DNA of 64,000 nucleotides from Vicugna vicugna (Eukaryota), in assembly GCA_013265495.1 (NCBI GenBank), contig MU062724.1, positions 6,112,023 through 6,176,022 of the forward strand, written 5' to 3'. Positions 11,491 through 24,010 of the stretch are shown here, piece by piece; the first letter of the stretch is position 1, and the number at the start of each line of letters is the position of its first letter. The position numbers and the translations under genes are program-made. The notes under the pieces were generated by a model. It saw only the letters and a program-made list of their open reading frames with translations. It was not told where the DNA came from and searched no databases.

Positions 11491-13759
11491 ATCTTGTATT
11501 ATAATTGGCAAATTTACCTTATTTTTCCTTCTACCCTTGAACTATTGAGTTAACACATATACTCACACACGTAGTCATACATTTGCATCCCTCTGCAATA
11601 ATTTAGACTAACCAATAGTCTATACAATATGGTTAATTTCTCTGAGGATTGTGGAAATTAAAAGTGAAATAAGAGTTAGTACCAGTTAAAAGATTTGAGA
11701 GGGCTAAAATTTCTTTTTTATTCTAACTTTGAATTAGATGTAATTTTGCTTCAGGCTAACTGGAAGAGTTCTGTATGTGACAATTTAAACTTAAATTAAT
11801 CTCACTTTAAAGTCTTTTTAATAAAGCTTTTCTATGAAACAGTGAAAAGCCAGCATATGAGGGCTGTAATGTTCCCAGGAATATGTAACCTAAAACTATC
11901 ACTTAATTTGAATTTTACTGTGCCTTTTAATTAAATTCCAGATCTTTACAGACAATTAGTATACACGTATAAGACATATCTATCTGGAAAGTGATGTGAA
12001 GTGAAGAATTTCGGCATTTATCTTAATAGTGAAAGCTCCAAATCTGGCTTCTGAGAAAAAAAAAAGTGTGTCAGGCTTGGAATTTCATTAGATATAAATC
12101 CTAATTCAGCAATTATTCAATTCTGTATTCAATTAATCTCTGAACATGAGCACATTTTCGAGATGGATCAAAGTCTAATTCATGCAGACTTTGCTGCTGA
12201 AAAAAGAGAAATATTTTGTGTGAGGATTGGTGCATTTTTTTTTTCAATTTAAAATTAGATGAGATTAGGCAAAACCAGAAAGCTTCATTGAATGTGGGTT
12301 GGATTTTTTTTCTTAGAGAATCAAACTAAAGATAAAACTATACAATATAGGAAAAGTTATAAAAAAGAACCTCAGAAAATTTCTATTACAATAAATTATT
12401 ATTATTATTTTCAATAATTTTATATTCTGTAAAGGGCATTACTACAAATAGATTGACTGCAATTCACACTTCTATCATAAGCTTTAATGTTTAGAGTCTA
12501 AGTGTCTATATCCTAATGTGGCTGACTTTTGGTTATTCATTTCTACCTGAAGGGAGATACTTATTTAGAAAATGGCATGGCCATTCCAGGAAAAGGAGAC
12601 ATCATGATTTAAATATCACCTGTAACTTAAGAAGAATGATCACAATAATGTTATTATAGGCATATTTAATCAGAGAAAGTGACAATTTGTTGCAAAATAC
12701 ATAAATGCTAGTTGATAACTCATTCTAGCCACATAAAGGACGTTTTTCACACCAAGGCAGGAGAAATTTTATATGTATAGCACATAATTATTAAGACTAC
12801 AGATGATAAACCATTTAAATGCTAGACCCTACTATCATGTGTTCATCCTTTTGAAGATAAAATAAGATAATTATAAAAACACTAGAAAAAAAAGGCAAGG
12901 TCATGTAAGAAATAAATGAGCACAAATAGAAGAATTGTCGCTTTACACTGAGCAATTTACAGATATTTTTCTATAATTCGGCATAACATTTATTGAGTAC
13001 CTACCACGTACCAGGCTGTTAAAAGATGTGAGAACTTGAAAGATTGAACAGTGACCAGCATAGCCATGATTTACACCATTTAAAATCAGATAAATGTAGA
13101 ATGCAACCTGTGTGATATTACCGGGAGAGAATGGTGTATTGTTGAATACATCTTAAATTATAATATATCCATTACCCAAATGTATTCACAATAAAAAGGT
13201 TTATTTCTCAGTTTAAGTAGTATTCACCATTCATGTTCTGTTTCTACATGGATATTAAGTAAAAGGAAAATACCTTGTGGAAAGACAAAGACATACATTG
13301 AATTATGACATCAATTTCATCAAATTCCTGCCTTACAGAATTCAGTGCCAATCTTTCTGAAGCCAGTATTTCTATCGCTAGTCTTTATAGCACTTCTCTT
13401 CCCTTCCTTTAAATATCTGTTAAATATCTAATAGTACTCCTATTTTCCATATTCATTAATTTTCTTTTCTTTTTTCCCCACTTCACAAACCTTTAGAGTA
13501 ACCCAGCTACCTCATCTAGATACTGTCTTTGCACGAGTAATCATATCCACGATTACTCCTCCTTAAAGGTAATATTCTCCTGGAGGCCACATAACTTTAG
13601 AATTCTGTTGACCAGTAGTATTTATAAAAGAATATTGAGGAAGTCAGTTAATGGGGGCTAACATTTTTGTTTTACTGTAAGAAAACAAACATACGTCTTA
13701 TTACTGTAATTTTATTAAGAAAAATATTTAAACTCTCAAAGTAATAAGTAAATACTCAC

Positions 13760-13816
13760 AGAATCTTCTAATTTGTTTTTATTTTCTTTTAGCTTTTTCC
13801 CACCCAGTTTCGCCAT
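13760..13816 (-). CDS. Candidate first coding exon MAKLGGKKLKENKNKLEDS (phase 0), unidentified gene
   Basis: The - strand reads acccATGGcg..., then 19 open codons, then TCT|gtgagtattt (consensus donor). No database confirmation. Confidence 0.35.
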
Positions 13817-14147
13817 GGGTCAGTGACAGTGTCTCCCTGAAATTAGTTCAGGCTCTGACGTGGGCTTGGGGGCTGCTGGTCCGCCTCTTGCCGGTTCTGA
13901 TTCCTCTCCGCCTGCCCTCTCTGCTATCCTTGCTCTCTGCCCTCAGCCCCCTCCAGGACTCACCGTGGTGACCACGACCACACAGTAGCCAGGTCCAATA
14001 ACTGTCTGTTTTTGTTGTATTGTATGTGCTTCCAGTATCTGACAGCCAACCATCCACTTCTTTAAAAGGTTTTTGTCACACTGCTGTAACCTGATTTTAC
14101 CGCTTCGTGACAATTCCTTTCTTTGTTTCCTCTTCTTTCTTTTCAGG
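13793..14147 (+). other. Candidate + strand internal exon antisense to the - strand first exons
   Basis: Branch-like ctaat plus long pyrimidine tract and AG at 13791-13792. Strong Kozak gccATGG at 13815 is followed by TGA at codon 4. Possible donor CAG|gtagaa at 14147. Confidence 0.25.
13964..14053 (-). CDS. Candidate alternative first coding exon MVGCQILEAHTIQQKQTVIGPGYCVVVVTT (phase 0), or a 5' UTR exon
   Basis: Ends at ACG|gtgagtcc, followed by G-rich intron-like sequence. The frame is open for 71 codons upstream of the donor (ORF 13943-14176). Kozak context is weak. Confidence 0.3.
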
Positions 14148-14849
14148 TAGAATTGGGCGTTTACAGTTTCTGACAACAGCTTCTAACTTGACATACTTCT
14201 TCCCTCAGTTATTTCAAATTGAAATTGGCTCTAAAACATATTTTCAACCATAATTTTCCTCATTGCTATGCATGATTCGAGAGTTCATTTTTTAAAACAT
14301 GCTACAAAATAGATGCTAATTAGAATTCCAGACTAGAGCTATCAAAAATAGAAACATATTCCATCTTCTTTTCTATTTCCTCTGACCTAATAAACAATCC
14401 TGACCCTCCTACTCATGGTTTTTTCCCCCATTTTAATTAACATTCCTCTAACAACTCATATACCTGACAAATAATTTGTGAGATTGTTTTTCTTACTAGC
14501 CAGTCACCAAGTCTTCTTTCTTCAAAAATCCTCATAATGATGTATTTTCCTTCATTTTCAATCTCTGTATTGTGTTAAGGGTAAGTGAATTATTTTGGGG
14601 GTATGATATTGCATATCTAAGAAATTTCCTATAATTTTTTTATTCATCTGTGTATGCTAAATGCCTGCAAAGTTCGTATTGATCAATGTGTATTAGTTAC
14701 CTCACCATCCTGACTCTAAGCTAATCTGTTACATTTTCGTCTGTAATCAGTAAAGGAATATTTTTTTAGATTAGATATCATACTCTACAATAATTTTCCT
14801 ATACTGACCTTCATCTCAGAACTCTTTTTTTTTTTTTTTAATTTGCTTT

Positions 14850-15245
14850 TAAATCTTCAGTTGCTACTTTTAAGGACTCCCAAGACCATGTCTTTGTCAT
14901 CCCCTTTCTTTTCAGTCTCCTACCAGGTTTATCTTATTTGAGCAAAACATGATAATGATTTTGAATTCTGTTTTCAACCACATAAGTTCAATGAACTGAA
15001 CAAGTTATTTTAGTACCCAAAGCCTTAGTCTCATCCTCAGCTCTTGCACAGAATTTGCCACATAGTAGGTACCTAATACAAAGATACATATTCAGCATTT
15101 ATTTCATTTCCTCCAGTTTAAATCTTCTAAGTGTCTTCCAACCTCTGCACCTTTTTCAATCCCTGCCTCTCTACAGAAGTGCCAGCCACATTGAGGTTGT
15201 CATATCATATAATCCTCCTCAAACTTTGCTCCATTTCCTGATGAG
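14850..15245 (+). mobile_element. L2 fragments
   Basis: Pyrimidine-rich L2-like text and an L2 terminus-like gcacagaatttgccacatagtaggtacctaata. Confidence 0.5.
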
Positions 15246-15469
15246 TGGTTGAAGCTGAGAGATGTTAAAGACCTGACAGGTTAGGGACCATGTGGAGTGT
15301 TACAGAAAGCATTTCAGATTCAGTATCATAGAAACTCTGCTGCTTTTACCCTGACTTCGTGACGTCTGAAGCTTCTGTCTATTTTGGTAATTTAATTTCT
15401 AAAAGTGGATTGTAAAGGTTATGGACCACACATGAAAGGTAAATAAATAATAATCTTATTAATCTGAGT

Positions 15470-15640
15470 GGTGTGGTGAAATGCTAACTGAGCCAGGTGA
15501 CTCACTACGTTTCGTTACTAAACACTTGTGTGATCTTGGACATGCCACTTACTGTCTTGGGCGTCATTTTGTTTCCTGTTAAATGACAGTGCCAAAACAG
15601 GTAAATTATAAATATCCTTAAGTCCTAAATACTGTGATTG
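15470..15640 (+). mobile_element. MIR/MIR3 fragment
   Basis: cttgtgtgatcttggacatgccacttactgtcttgggcgtcattttgtttcctgttaaatga resembles the MIR core. Confidence 0.6.
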
Positions 15641-15914
15641 GCATTCTCTTAGTCTGGTATGGAATAGATTACAATCCAATTTCTCTATAAAAACCACAAA
15701 GAATATAAAAACCTATCAGATCATAATTTGACTCTGAGTGAAGAATTGAGTGCTAAGAATAGATTTTATGAGATGAATAATCTTGACAAAATGAGAATCC
15801 AAAGTAAAAATTGATTTGATATAATACAGTCAAACATCTGGATATGTGACTAAAATTTTCGACTTTCATGTGGATGTTTGCGTTTGGGTGAATAATATCA
15901 ATTTAAAGATGCTG

Positions 15915-16092
15915 GAACAGAGAACTGTGTATAAAATAAGCATCAAGGATATATTGTACAATACAGAAAAATATAGCCGTTATTATGAATAATAATGTAA
16001 TAACTTTAAAAAGGAGTATAATCTATAAAAATATTGAATCACTATATTGTACACCTGAAACTAATAGTGTAAATCAACTACACTTCAATAAA
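15915..16092 (+). mobile_element. Lineage-type L1 3' end (cetartiodactyl-like), 5'-truncated
   Basis: aaggatatattgtacaatacagaaaaatatagcc...ggagtataatctataaaaatattgaatcactatattgtacacctgaaactaat...gtaaatcaactacacttcaataaa. Confidence 0.85.
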
Positions 16093-17675
16093 ATTTTGGA
16101 GCTAAAATCATGTCAAAATAATCAGGCTTATCTAACTTGAAAAAGAATAATTTTAAAAATTTGATTTATTTAACCTTGAAGATAAAGACATATATATAGG
16201 CATTTTAAAATAGTTTTCTGTTATTTTATAAAAACACATTTATTTTAGCAAAATATGTAGGTACATGCAGAAGGGTAGGTGATTCTGCATGAAATGCATT
16301 TCCTTCTCTTTTTTTTATTTCCATTAATTCTAACAAATTTGCTAAATCCTAGACTGTTCACTTTTTCCCTGTATTATACTCTTTTGCAGTGACAAACTCT
16401 CACCTAAAAATAAAACATAAAATACTTGAAATTAAACATTGTTAAATGTCACAAAATATCAAGTGAGAGAGAAGACAATACAGTGAATAAATATTTATAT
16501 ATTTCTTGGTTGATAACTCTTTTATATTTCATGGACCGATAAAAAAAAAATAGTGACCCAGAATTTCATTTAATTTTATTTAAGGGGTTGTAGAGTGATG
16601 GGGTGAAGTTTAGGTGCCTGGAGCATCAATTGATAAAAATATCAATTATAATGGAAATAAATTTTAAAAACACAGCAGCAGGCCTTCACACTATTAAACT
16701 GAAAGCATACAGTCTCCTATAGTGGAAAAAAAAAGTATAATTAAAAAGCTATCAATAGTCTGGGATTGTCAAAACTACTTTGTCACCTGAAGCACATTCT
16801 TTGTAATTATCTTTTAGGCTTTAAGCTAGATCACCATTAACCTCAGAAGAAAAAGGGTTACAGTGCTTTCTGGTGTGAGGAATTGTATCATCATGTAAAT
16901 TAAACCCCATTCAGCAGTCAAATTAGATTTGGGAAATGATTGAGTATTAAACCTACTCATGTATATTAACAGATGACACGAAGTCTGAGAGCACCAGGGG
17001 AGGAGAGGAAGACTTTCCTTCCTTTTGAAAGATTTCAAGGTTCCTTATGTGCATAGAATGTGATTTGGAGCAGACATCAGAGAAATAAAATGGAAGCAAT
17101 AGAAGGGAAACTCAAAGATATTTTTAGCCCTTCCCCAGCGATTTCTTTTCAGCTCTCAGACAGTACAAAATGAGTCAACACTTAACTAAGCCAGAAATAA
17201 TATAACGAGCCTGCAAAATCACAGCTACCTACAGCTCAGATCTTCAATCAAGTAATTGTTAAAGACTCACTAGGAGGAGGAACAAATATGTTCTCAGTTG
17301 AACTTGCTTAATATTTTTAACCTTACTGTCAAAAGGAAGGAATCATAATTAAGATAGCACAATGCATGAAGCAGAGAGCAGCATGATTGCATCTTCCTGA
17401 TGATTAATGTTTATCCCTGAGGTGGTCTCTTCAGCTTTGGATAAAGGAATACCATGCAGCCTTCTATCCCTGATAAGAATTGGTACCTAATAACAAATCA
17501 TCAACCGCTGTCATTCCTGGGTACTAGTTGTGAAAAGTTGTGTTAGTTGATAAAAGTGATTATCAGTTGTATACAGAACACAACCTACAACCGGGTGTGC
17601 AGTCATGTTAATCTAATCTTGGGGACACGGGAGAGTATTCTGTTGTGGCTGTTATTTGCAAAGAAACCTGTAAGG

Positions 17676-17886
17676 CAGGATTTCTCAACCTTGATATGAT
17701 TGCCATCATGGCTAGAAAACTGGTGGGGGCTGTCCTGTGCATAATAGCATATTCAGCAGCCTCCCTGACCTCTACCCAGAAGATGCCAGGAGCAACCTCT
17801 CCTCCTCAGTTGTGACAAACACAATTATCTTGACACTGCCGGATGTCCACTGGGAGGCAGAACTGCCCCCATTTGAAAAACCACGT
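17676..17886. mobile_element. MER20 hAT-Charlie DNA transposon
   Basis: gatttctcaaccttga...gggggctgtcctgtgcataatagcatattcagcagcctccctgacctctacccagaagatgccagg...cagttgtgacaaac...gccccc..ttgaaaaaccac. Confidence 0.9.
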
Positions 17887-17934
17887 GTGCGAGAGCCTTG
17901 GAAATGTTATACAGCGTAGATTTTACCAATAGCT

Positions 17935-18260
17935 GTATCTGCATATCTATATGAATAGACACAGAAATATGTACATGCACGTATACACACACACATCTAT
18001 ATTCACACCTCTATTTATATGCCATTATATACATCTATATATGGTCACGTAATGCACATACCTCTATAAGCACATACATGCATGTATACCCACACACACA
18101 TGTATATATCCAGTTACATGTATTTGTATTACATGTATATATACCAGTATATATATATAAGTGTACATGTATATAAGCAATATATGTGTGTATTCATATA
18201 TAATATACATGTATATACACATATATGTATTGTGTGTATATGTGTATACTTATGTATGTC
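17935..18260. repeat. Low-complexity alternating purine/pyrimidine tract (TA/CA/TG)
   Basis: About 325 nt of tatatg/tacaca/tgtgta units. It accounts for the His/Tyr/Ile/Met ORFs in the track. Confidence 0.9.
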
Positions 18261-20029
18261 ATAAAATAAAGTCTGAAAACATAGATAATGCTATTTTAAT
18301 GTTTTTACAGATCAAAGATGCCTTTGACAATATTAGGTATACTTGCATATGCCTCCAGATTCCATTGTGTCTGGTCTTTTCAGATGTGAAGTTTCACAGT
18401 AAAAACAGAATTGAGTGAGAGGGTTCTGTGCAAATATGCAAAAATCTGAAGGCCTCAAACCTTGTGGAGAAATCGTGAATCTGTATGTAGGAGGTAGGGG
18501 TGTGCAGGCAGGACCCGCGCAAGACGATGCTCCCGAGATGGACAAGAGCCAACTCATGGTAGCATGTCCACTTCAGCGCAGGTTAGAGAGAGGGACCCGG
18601 GGCAGCTTCTTGGTTGCATGTGGAAACAAAAGCTGACAAATCTGACAAAAAGAGCTCTCAGTAATCGGCTCAAACATTACTCTCCATCTGGACTTTATTG
18701 TCTCCTTTGTCCTTATTTCCCTGCGTCTGCCATTGAGATACTTTCTCATTCAGAGGCATTATTTCCAGGTAGGAGAGACAGTTTCTCATGGGCCATAATA
18801 TAAGAGATCCTGAGGGAAAGTTCCTCTCCAAACAAACCACAGTAACATGCAGCCTGCAACGATTTCTGAAGTACCTCCGTTTGAGTTACTATTCTTTGGT
18901 ATTAAATAATTTAGTGACTAGGAATGCTCTTTAAATTGGGCATACTCCTTGGCTGAACATCTCTTGACGCTTCGGTGTGCTGTTTACCTGACCTTCAGCA
19001 GCCTAAACAGGGTTCTAGGTAGTGGGGTTTGGAGCAGCGAACCTGTGATGGAGAGCAAAGCAGAGGTTACCGGTTTAGAAGGTGGAGTTCTGCCCACTGG
19101 TGCACGGAGGACCAGAAAACGGAAATACATGAAATAGTATATTAGAAACCTACAGCTTCCTGGGAACTTTACATATAAGATGTATGTAAAACTCTCTCTG
19201 TTGGGTGAAAACTGAGACTCAGGTCAGCCAGGATATAGATTTCCCTTCCGCCCTGCTCCCTTGCTGCCTCGGCTTCTTCACAGCACCGTAGGAGAAAATA
19301 AATCCTCACAGTGACAGAGTCACATAACTCGGTCCAAAACTGGTAGCCAGGCACATTTCTAATTCTTTCAAACAAGTATTCATTCAAAGCCATTCAAAAC
19401 TTTTAATAACTGGAGTTTTGGGGGTAGATGTAATGGAAACCAGATGGCAGGGAGAGACAAGGCCCTCTGAAATGATGCAAAAAAACCCCAAAAAGTATGT
19501 CACTGCGTCTAAATATGACATCAGGCAGACTGGGCTAGACTCTGCCCCTTGACTTATATGTACAGAGAACTCAGTGGAGGATCCGGTGTGAGCCTGCGTC
19601 TGAATCTCCACTCTCATACTCCATCCTACCCACTGGGAAGAGGTCAAGGCTGTGAGGAGACGCTGAAAGACTGGTTGACCAGGGCCCTCCTCTCCAACTT
19701 CTGGTTATCACCCCTGCGAGCTCTCTGCCCAGGAATAGAACTACATTTCCATAGAAATTGGTGAGGGAACACAGTGGGTCAAACTGTAGAAGACAAAGAA
19801 TCTTAGTTCAGTAGTAAAACAGGAACCCAAGTCCTCTGCCAACACTTGGATTACCTAACGAGAACTGTTACCCTAGTCATGGAGGAGTTCCTCTCCTAGT
19901 CCCCTTTTAGGATTTCTTGTAGGGGTGCAGGAATGGGAGAGAGCCATGATCTTGCCAACTGGCCCGTAAAGGAAATGGTCTAGTGAATTGTGGGCAAACT
20001 GCACCAGGGTGTCGGCAACGCTGGATTAT

Positions 20030-20215
20030 ACAAATAGCATTTTGCTTAATTCTCCCCACAAGCCACTGATGTAGGGATCGTTATCGCAATCTGTAAGGTT
20101 GAAGTGGAAATCAGGCTTAGGAGGTTAAATAACTGTTTGCAGAGCCAGTAAGTGACACCGGGGGGAATCGTACCATGTCTGTTTGATAGTGAAACCACTA
20201 CGTTATTCTGACTCA
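20030..20215 (-). mobile_element. MIR, antisense
   Basis: ttaattctccccacaagccactgatgtagggatcgttatc...gaaatcaggcttaggaggttaaataact...agccagtaagtgacacc. Confidence 0.7.
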
Positions 20216-21425
20216 CAGCAGAATCCTACCATCTGCTCATTGAAGTGCAGAGTGCCAACATTAACTTTCAGGATGAAGTTAGTTAAAGACAATTTTATCT
20301 TGATCTGGCCCTACCTAGGACCCTTTCTTTAGAGAAAGTAAGCATGCCAAATTTAAGTTGTCAGCTGTCAGAGGTACAGAAAATAAATTGTATCTTTTAG
20401 TCTTCTGGCTGGTTTTAGGTGTTGATTGGTAAAGTGCACTTTGGACCAGTTTATATTTTGTAGCTCAATGACCCCATTCCTCCTTTTGCTTGGCAAGCAG
20501 TTAATGGCTAGATAAGCAAACTCTTCTACCCAGATCAGTGTATCTACGTAGATGCTCATTAACATAGGGTCCTTGTCATTTTATCATCAGTTGGACATAC
20601 CTAGAGCTCTAACGCTAAATTTCAACAAAAGGCACAATATCCTTGAAAATTATATTGCTAGTGATTCGATCCCTAGCAAAAGAAACTTTTCTACGAGAGG
20701 GAGTTACATTTTGCATCTAATTATAAAATGAACAGAGAACTAATTAGATGTTTTAAAGCCCAAAGGAAAGAAAATTCCGTAACTTTTCTCCTAAATTTAA
20801 AATCATCTCAGTTTAAAAGATCTGATATTAACTATTTAGGGCTTGATTTCTTGAGTTAAGATGTCACTATTTTTATTAGAGACAGAAAATCAAATCTGGA
20901 GGCAAATGTGGTTTTTGTAGAGGTAGTCTAGACCAGTTTTTCCTTTTCTTTTTGGACAAGGATGAGTTAATCACTGAAAAAAATCAGAAAATTCAATTTG
21001 TTAGATTCTAGTTCTGCACATTTTTTATAAATATTTTTAAAACAAATTTTGACTACACCCTGTAATGATTTTCTTCCTTCATTTGTATTGAGAAGAGAAA
21101 ACACATTAAAAATTTAGTTTAAAAAAATTTAGGTGAAAAATCCCATGTTGCCAACTTTAAAACCCAGTAAAAAATGTCAGCACTACAGGAAGACCAGTAG
21201 TTTCCCTTGGAAAGCATACGGGTAGACAGCAAAGTGTCCTGTCTTCCTACATTTTTAAACAGGAAATTAAAAAAAAAAACAAAAAACTAACCCCCTTAAA
21301 AAACTTTCAAGCAATCGTAGAAACTATAATTTAACTAAATATTTTAGCTTTCTGCTAAATTACTGCACATTGATGGCAGTTGGCTGCCAGGGACTACAGC
21401 CTTTCCAGCCTTCTAGTCATTCCAG

Positions 21426-21512
21426 TTGCAGAATGGATAATCGAAGCTGTGAATGCATCAAAGGAGAATGTGCTTCAACTCCATATAAACTTTTAAAAGC
21501 ATCGAAAGCAAA
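21426..21512 (+). CDS. Weak candidate + strand exon (87 nt, phase 2-2): CRMDNRSCECIKGECASTPYKLLKASKA
   Basis: Acceptor cctttccagccttctagtcattccag| and donor AAA|gtaagt. Open in the phase left by the 6215 donor. Ab initio only. Confidence 0.2.
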
Positions 21513-21876
21513 GTAAGTAATAATGATGTAAATTGCGTATGAATGCAATTAATCTGTACATGAAGAGAAGATTTTTAGTATGCCATTAGCTTCCTAACAG
21601 CCTAATATACAAGAAGCCAATCTTTAGTCAGCTTGCCAGAAGTATGACAAACTGCTTGATACATTTTTTTTAAAGATTGAACGGATGGATGTGGCTTTTC
21701 AGAAAGTTTTGATTAACCCTTCTATTACCTATTTGTAGTTAGTGTAAAATTAATGTTGATTGAAAACCTTTATTGAATTGCAATGACATAGCAAAAATGC
21801 CAGTAGTCTTGCTTTATATGCAACCAGAAATTCATAAAATGCAAGGATTAAATATACGATTATTTTTTTTCCTTGT

Positions 21877-22432
21877 TGTTACCTTGGGGAGGGGAGAAAA
21901 AACCTCACTTCTTTGTCCTATCTGAGAAAAAGAATTGAAATGGAAGACTGAAACATGATAAAAATAAACGGTGTTATTAGTAGAGCAAAAATCAGTGTAG
22001 TACACTTTCAAGAACTGAAGGCAGGCCAACCCAAGAAAGGAAAAAAAAAAAGGCCGCTTCTTTGTTTCTCCAGCCTTGTATCCTGGCTTTTAGGGGCGGT
22101 CCTGTGATTGATTGACGGTTCACATCCCTTGAGTATTCTGCACGGCCATCTCCTTTGTGCGTGCTCTTACCCATGATATACACAGAAGAACCTATGGGAG
22201 GGGGCCCACACCGCAGTGCTAATTATAATACAGTGAACACTGGGTCTTGTCCTGTTAAGTCCTTTTTACTACTTCGCAGTTGTGGCTGTTGGGTTCTAAC
22301 TAGTTTCTTAGCATTTATTTAGAAAAAGTAAAACCCCTTCATGCTGGAGGCAGGCACAAGGCCATCTTCCCAACCATCCTCCCTCTCCTCCACCTATCTG
22401 CCCAGTGCCCCAACTTATCTAACTACCTAACA
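21877..22432 (-). mobile_element. ERV1-type solo LTR, copy 1 of 3
   Basis: Ends read tgttacc...ctaactacctaaca (TG..CA). Flanks ttgt/ctgt are a 4-bp TSD with 3/4 match. Alignable by eye to 36276-36848 and 43925-44478. Confidence 0.88.
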
Positions 22433-23673
22433 CTGTTATGGGATTCTTGATTGATGTCCTCATTCATTTTTTTTTTCTGTGATAGTTGATTGGAGTATTT
22501 AGAAAGGAGGGTAGTGAAGAAGGGAAATGAAAAAATACAACATACAAATTTTATATTGAAATTTTCTCCCTGTCTTTCAGAAGGTAGTATCATCATTGCC
22601 ATTTAGGCATTTGTTCTGTTTTTTTTTTCCATTCACTTATTTGAGCAAACTCTCATTTATTAAAATACGATAAACATGTCATTGTTTTTATGAGGAGAAA
22701 AAGAAAGGGAAAAAAAGAATGAGAGACAGCTATTCCCAAATCTATGTCTTTTTCTGCTTTAGTAACTTGAATTTAGGATATATTTTGTCAAGTAAATGCC
22801 AACTGCAGACTGAGAAAGGTGGATAACTATGAAAATAAGATTAGATTCACATATTGAAATGGGTTTGCAAGTTTAATAAATTATTTTTAATAAAGTCCTT
22901 TATAAACAAATGAATTATAGCATCATAGTCATTATACCTTAATCAGTAATGCTGGGATTCACATTTATTCATAGTTTTCTTTCATTCAGAGCCACATGAA
23001 TAAAGTAATTAGTAGTGACTTCTTTCTCAGAGTAACTGGGCCTGCATTAAATACTGTAAAATCAGGCAGGCACTTCATTTGAAAACCTGCCTCATTCATA
23101 TATTATGTCTACTGCCAATAAAAATAGAATAACTTGAAAGTATCCATTGATAATAGAGCACAGTCCCTAGGGCTTCAGAGATAACTGTCTGCCATTGAGT
23201 AACCCAGTTTTCTCCTCCCAGAGAATGCCCAGAATGTTACGAAACTGGTTCTAGTCAAATTCTGCATGAGCAGGTATTCTATAGCTTCCTCTATTATTTG
23301 AAAACAAAATTGTGCTGATTCCTCTTGCAGCATCATGTCCTTCTACGGTGAAGTGTAAACCCTTGAAGCTAGTAGTCTGTGCTAAGTACCGTACGGCGTG
23401 TAAATAGAAGGTAGTCACTCCATACCCGCGTCCCTTCACCCGCTCTGCCTTGTCACATTTCTCACAACAAGGGCCATTTTATGTCCTAGGTCCATCTAGA
23501 ACTGAAGGCATAGGACTGTCTTTGATTAATCCTTTCTCTCAGTTCCCATACTACTTCAGTCACTTGCTTCTGTTTTATCGCATTTCTTCCAGTTCCATGG
23601 CATTTGTCTTGGTTTTTGTTTCCTGTAAATTTCTTCCCAACTTTCCTGTTGCAAGCCTCTCTGAAGGACATAA

Positions 23674-23729
23674 ATATATACATACATACATGCATACTTA
23701 CATACATACATACATACATATATATATAT
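23674..23729. repeat. (TACA)n/(TA)n microsatellite
   Basis: Read directly. Confidence 0.95.
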
Positions 23730-23849
23730 CTTTTTAGGAATGAAAAACAAATTCTGAGTCAACTTATTGACACCTAGACCACATGACTTTGGGAAATAAT
23801 AACTATTATTAAATAAGCACTTATTACACGCCAAAGAAATATACTGATC

Positions 23850-24010
23850 ATTTTGCGTCCATTAATCCATGGGGCCTTTGTAATAATCTGATGATTGTTA
23901 TGCTATCAGCTTGATTTGCCCGCATAGGAAAGAGAGGCTTTAAAAGGTGAAGGCAACAGAAACTGTGGCAGAGCAGCAGTTTGGGGCCAGCCAGTTCCAC
24001 CTCCAGAGCT
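23850..24010 (-). mobile_element. MIR, antisense
   Basis: taatccatggggcctttgtaataatctgatgattgttatgc...ggaaagagaggctttaaaaggtgaagg...ggcagagcagcagtttggggccag...ctccagagc. Confidence 0.5.

Noticed and set aside
18427-18449. miR-19-like string tgtgcaaatatgcaaaaatctga
   Set aside because: It needs two indels to align, and there is no complementary 5' arm, so no pre-miRNA hairpin.
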